34,472 nucleotides of DNA, taken from Catajapyx aquilonaris. Lineage: Eukaryota. Under the pieces are notes generated by a model that searched no databases, was not told the DNA's origin, and worked only from the letters and a program-made list of their open reading frames with translations. The DNA lies in assembly GCA_000934665.2 (NCBI GenBank), contig JYFJ02004145.1, positions 1 to 34,472 of the forward strand, given 5' to 3'. The translations under genes were made by a program, and so were the position numbers. Shown here piece by piece: positions 34,140-34,472 of this stretch; the stretch's first letter is position 1, and each line of letters starts with the position of its first letter.

Positions 34140-34472
34140 CGAGGTGCAGTCATTAAGTTCGAAGCCCGAATTAAATCTCGGCTCCCATTTAACATATCAC
34201 GGCCAAATATTTATGGCGCATTGAGAGAGACTTTAGGGTGAAGAGGAAAAAAAAGAGGGCGCTGGCTCATATTCGATAATAGTTCTCGTCGTTTTCCCGA
34301 GAGGGCGCGCGGGAGTTCGGCGATGAGAATAAATAACACAAAATGGCGCCTGAGCGGAGGTTTGAGGAGCAATGCAACTCAATCAAATTTTGTGTGTTGC
34401 TGGGCCATACTCCCCAGGAAACACTGGGCATGTTGAGGAAGGCGTACGGCAAATGTGCCGCTCTCTCATGGC
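34140..34472 (+). mobile_element. mariner element 5' end (runs off the window)
   Basis: TA then CGAGGTGCAGTCATTAAG TIR. ATG at 34343 gives MAPERRFEEQCNSIKFCVLLGHTPQETLGMLRKAYG (mariner HTH). Confidence 0.85.

Larger units (their letters stand above)
620..34472 (-). other. Candidate uni-strand piRNA-cluster-like locus (TE fragments antisense to an inferred minus-strand transcript)
   Basis: 19 of 19 confidently assigned TE coding fragments, from more than 10 groups, are on +. The MATH-BTB and ankyrin remnants are on -. Transcription direction is inferred, not observed. Confidence 0.6.

Noticed and set aside
1..34472. CRISPR array or prokaryotic defence island
   Set aside because: No regularly spaced repeats between fragments and no cas-like ORFs. 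Spliceosomal introns, a SINE and eukaryotic TE families indicate eukaryotic DNA.

Overview
Eukaryotic DNA, probably arthropod (organism not identifiable), with no intact host gene. The window is a dense mosaic of short (about 0.2-1.7 kb), mostly end-less fragments from many transposable-element groups: Gypsy x4, Merlin, Sola1 x2, Transib, EnSpm/CACTA x3, hAT x3, mariner x2, MULE, YqaJ-nuclease elements x2, a Utopia/NeSL-type LINE and a Penelope-type hammerhead ribozyme. It also holds one complete pogo/Fot-like DD35D element, a possible partitivirus-like capsid remnant, and a nested foldback/MITE/SINE block. All 19 confidently recognised TE coding fragments lie on the + strand. The two clearest host-type gene remnants (MATH-BTB/SPOP-like and ankyrin) lie on the - strand. 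This is the architecture expected of a uni-strand, flamenco-like piRNA source locus transcribed from the - strand, but dominated by DNA-transposon fragments rather than Gypsy. Family calls come from recalled protein motifs and terminal sequences, not database searches. Fragment boundaries without a TIR or splice site are approximate.
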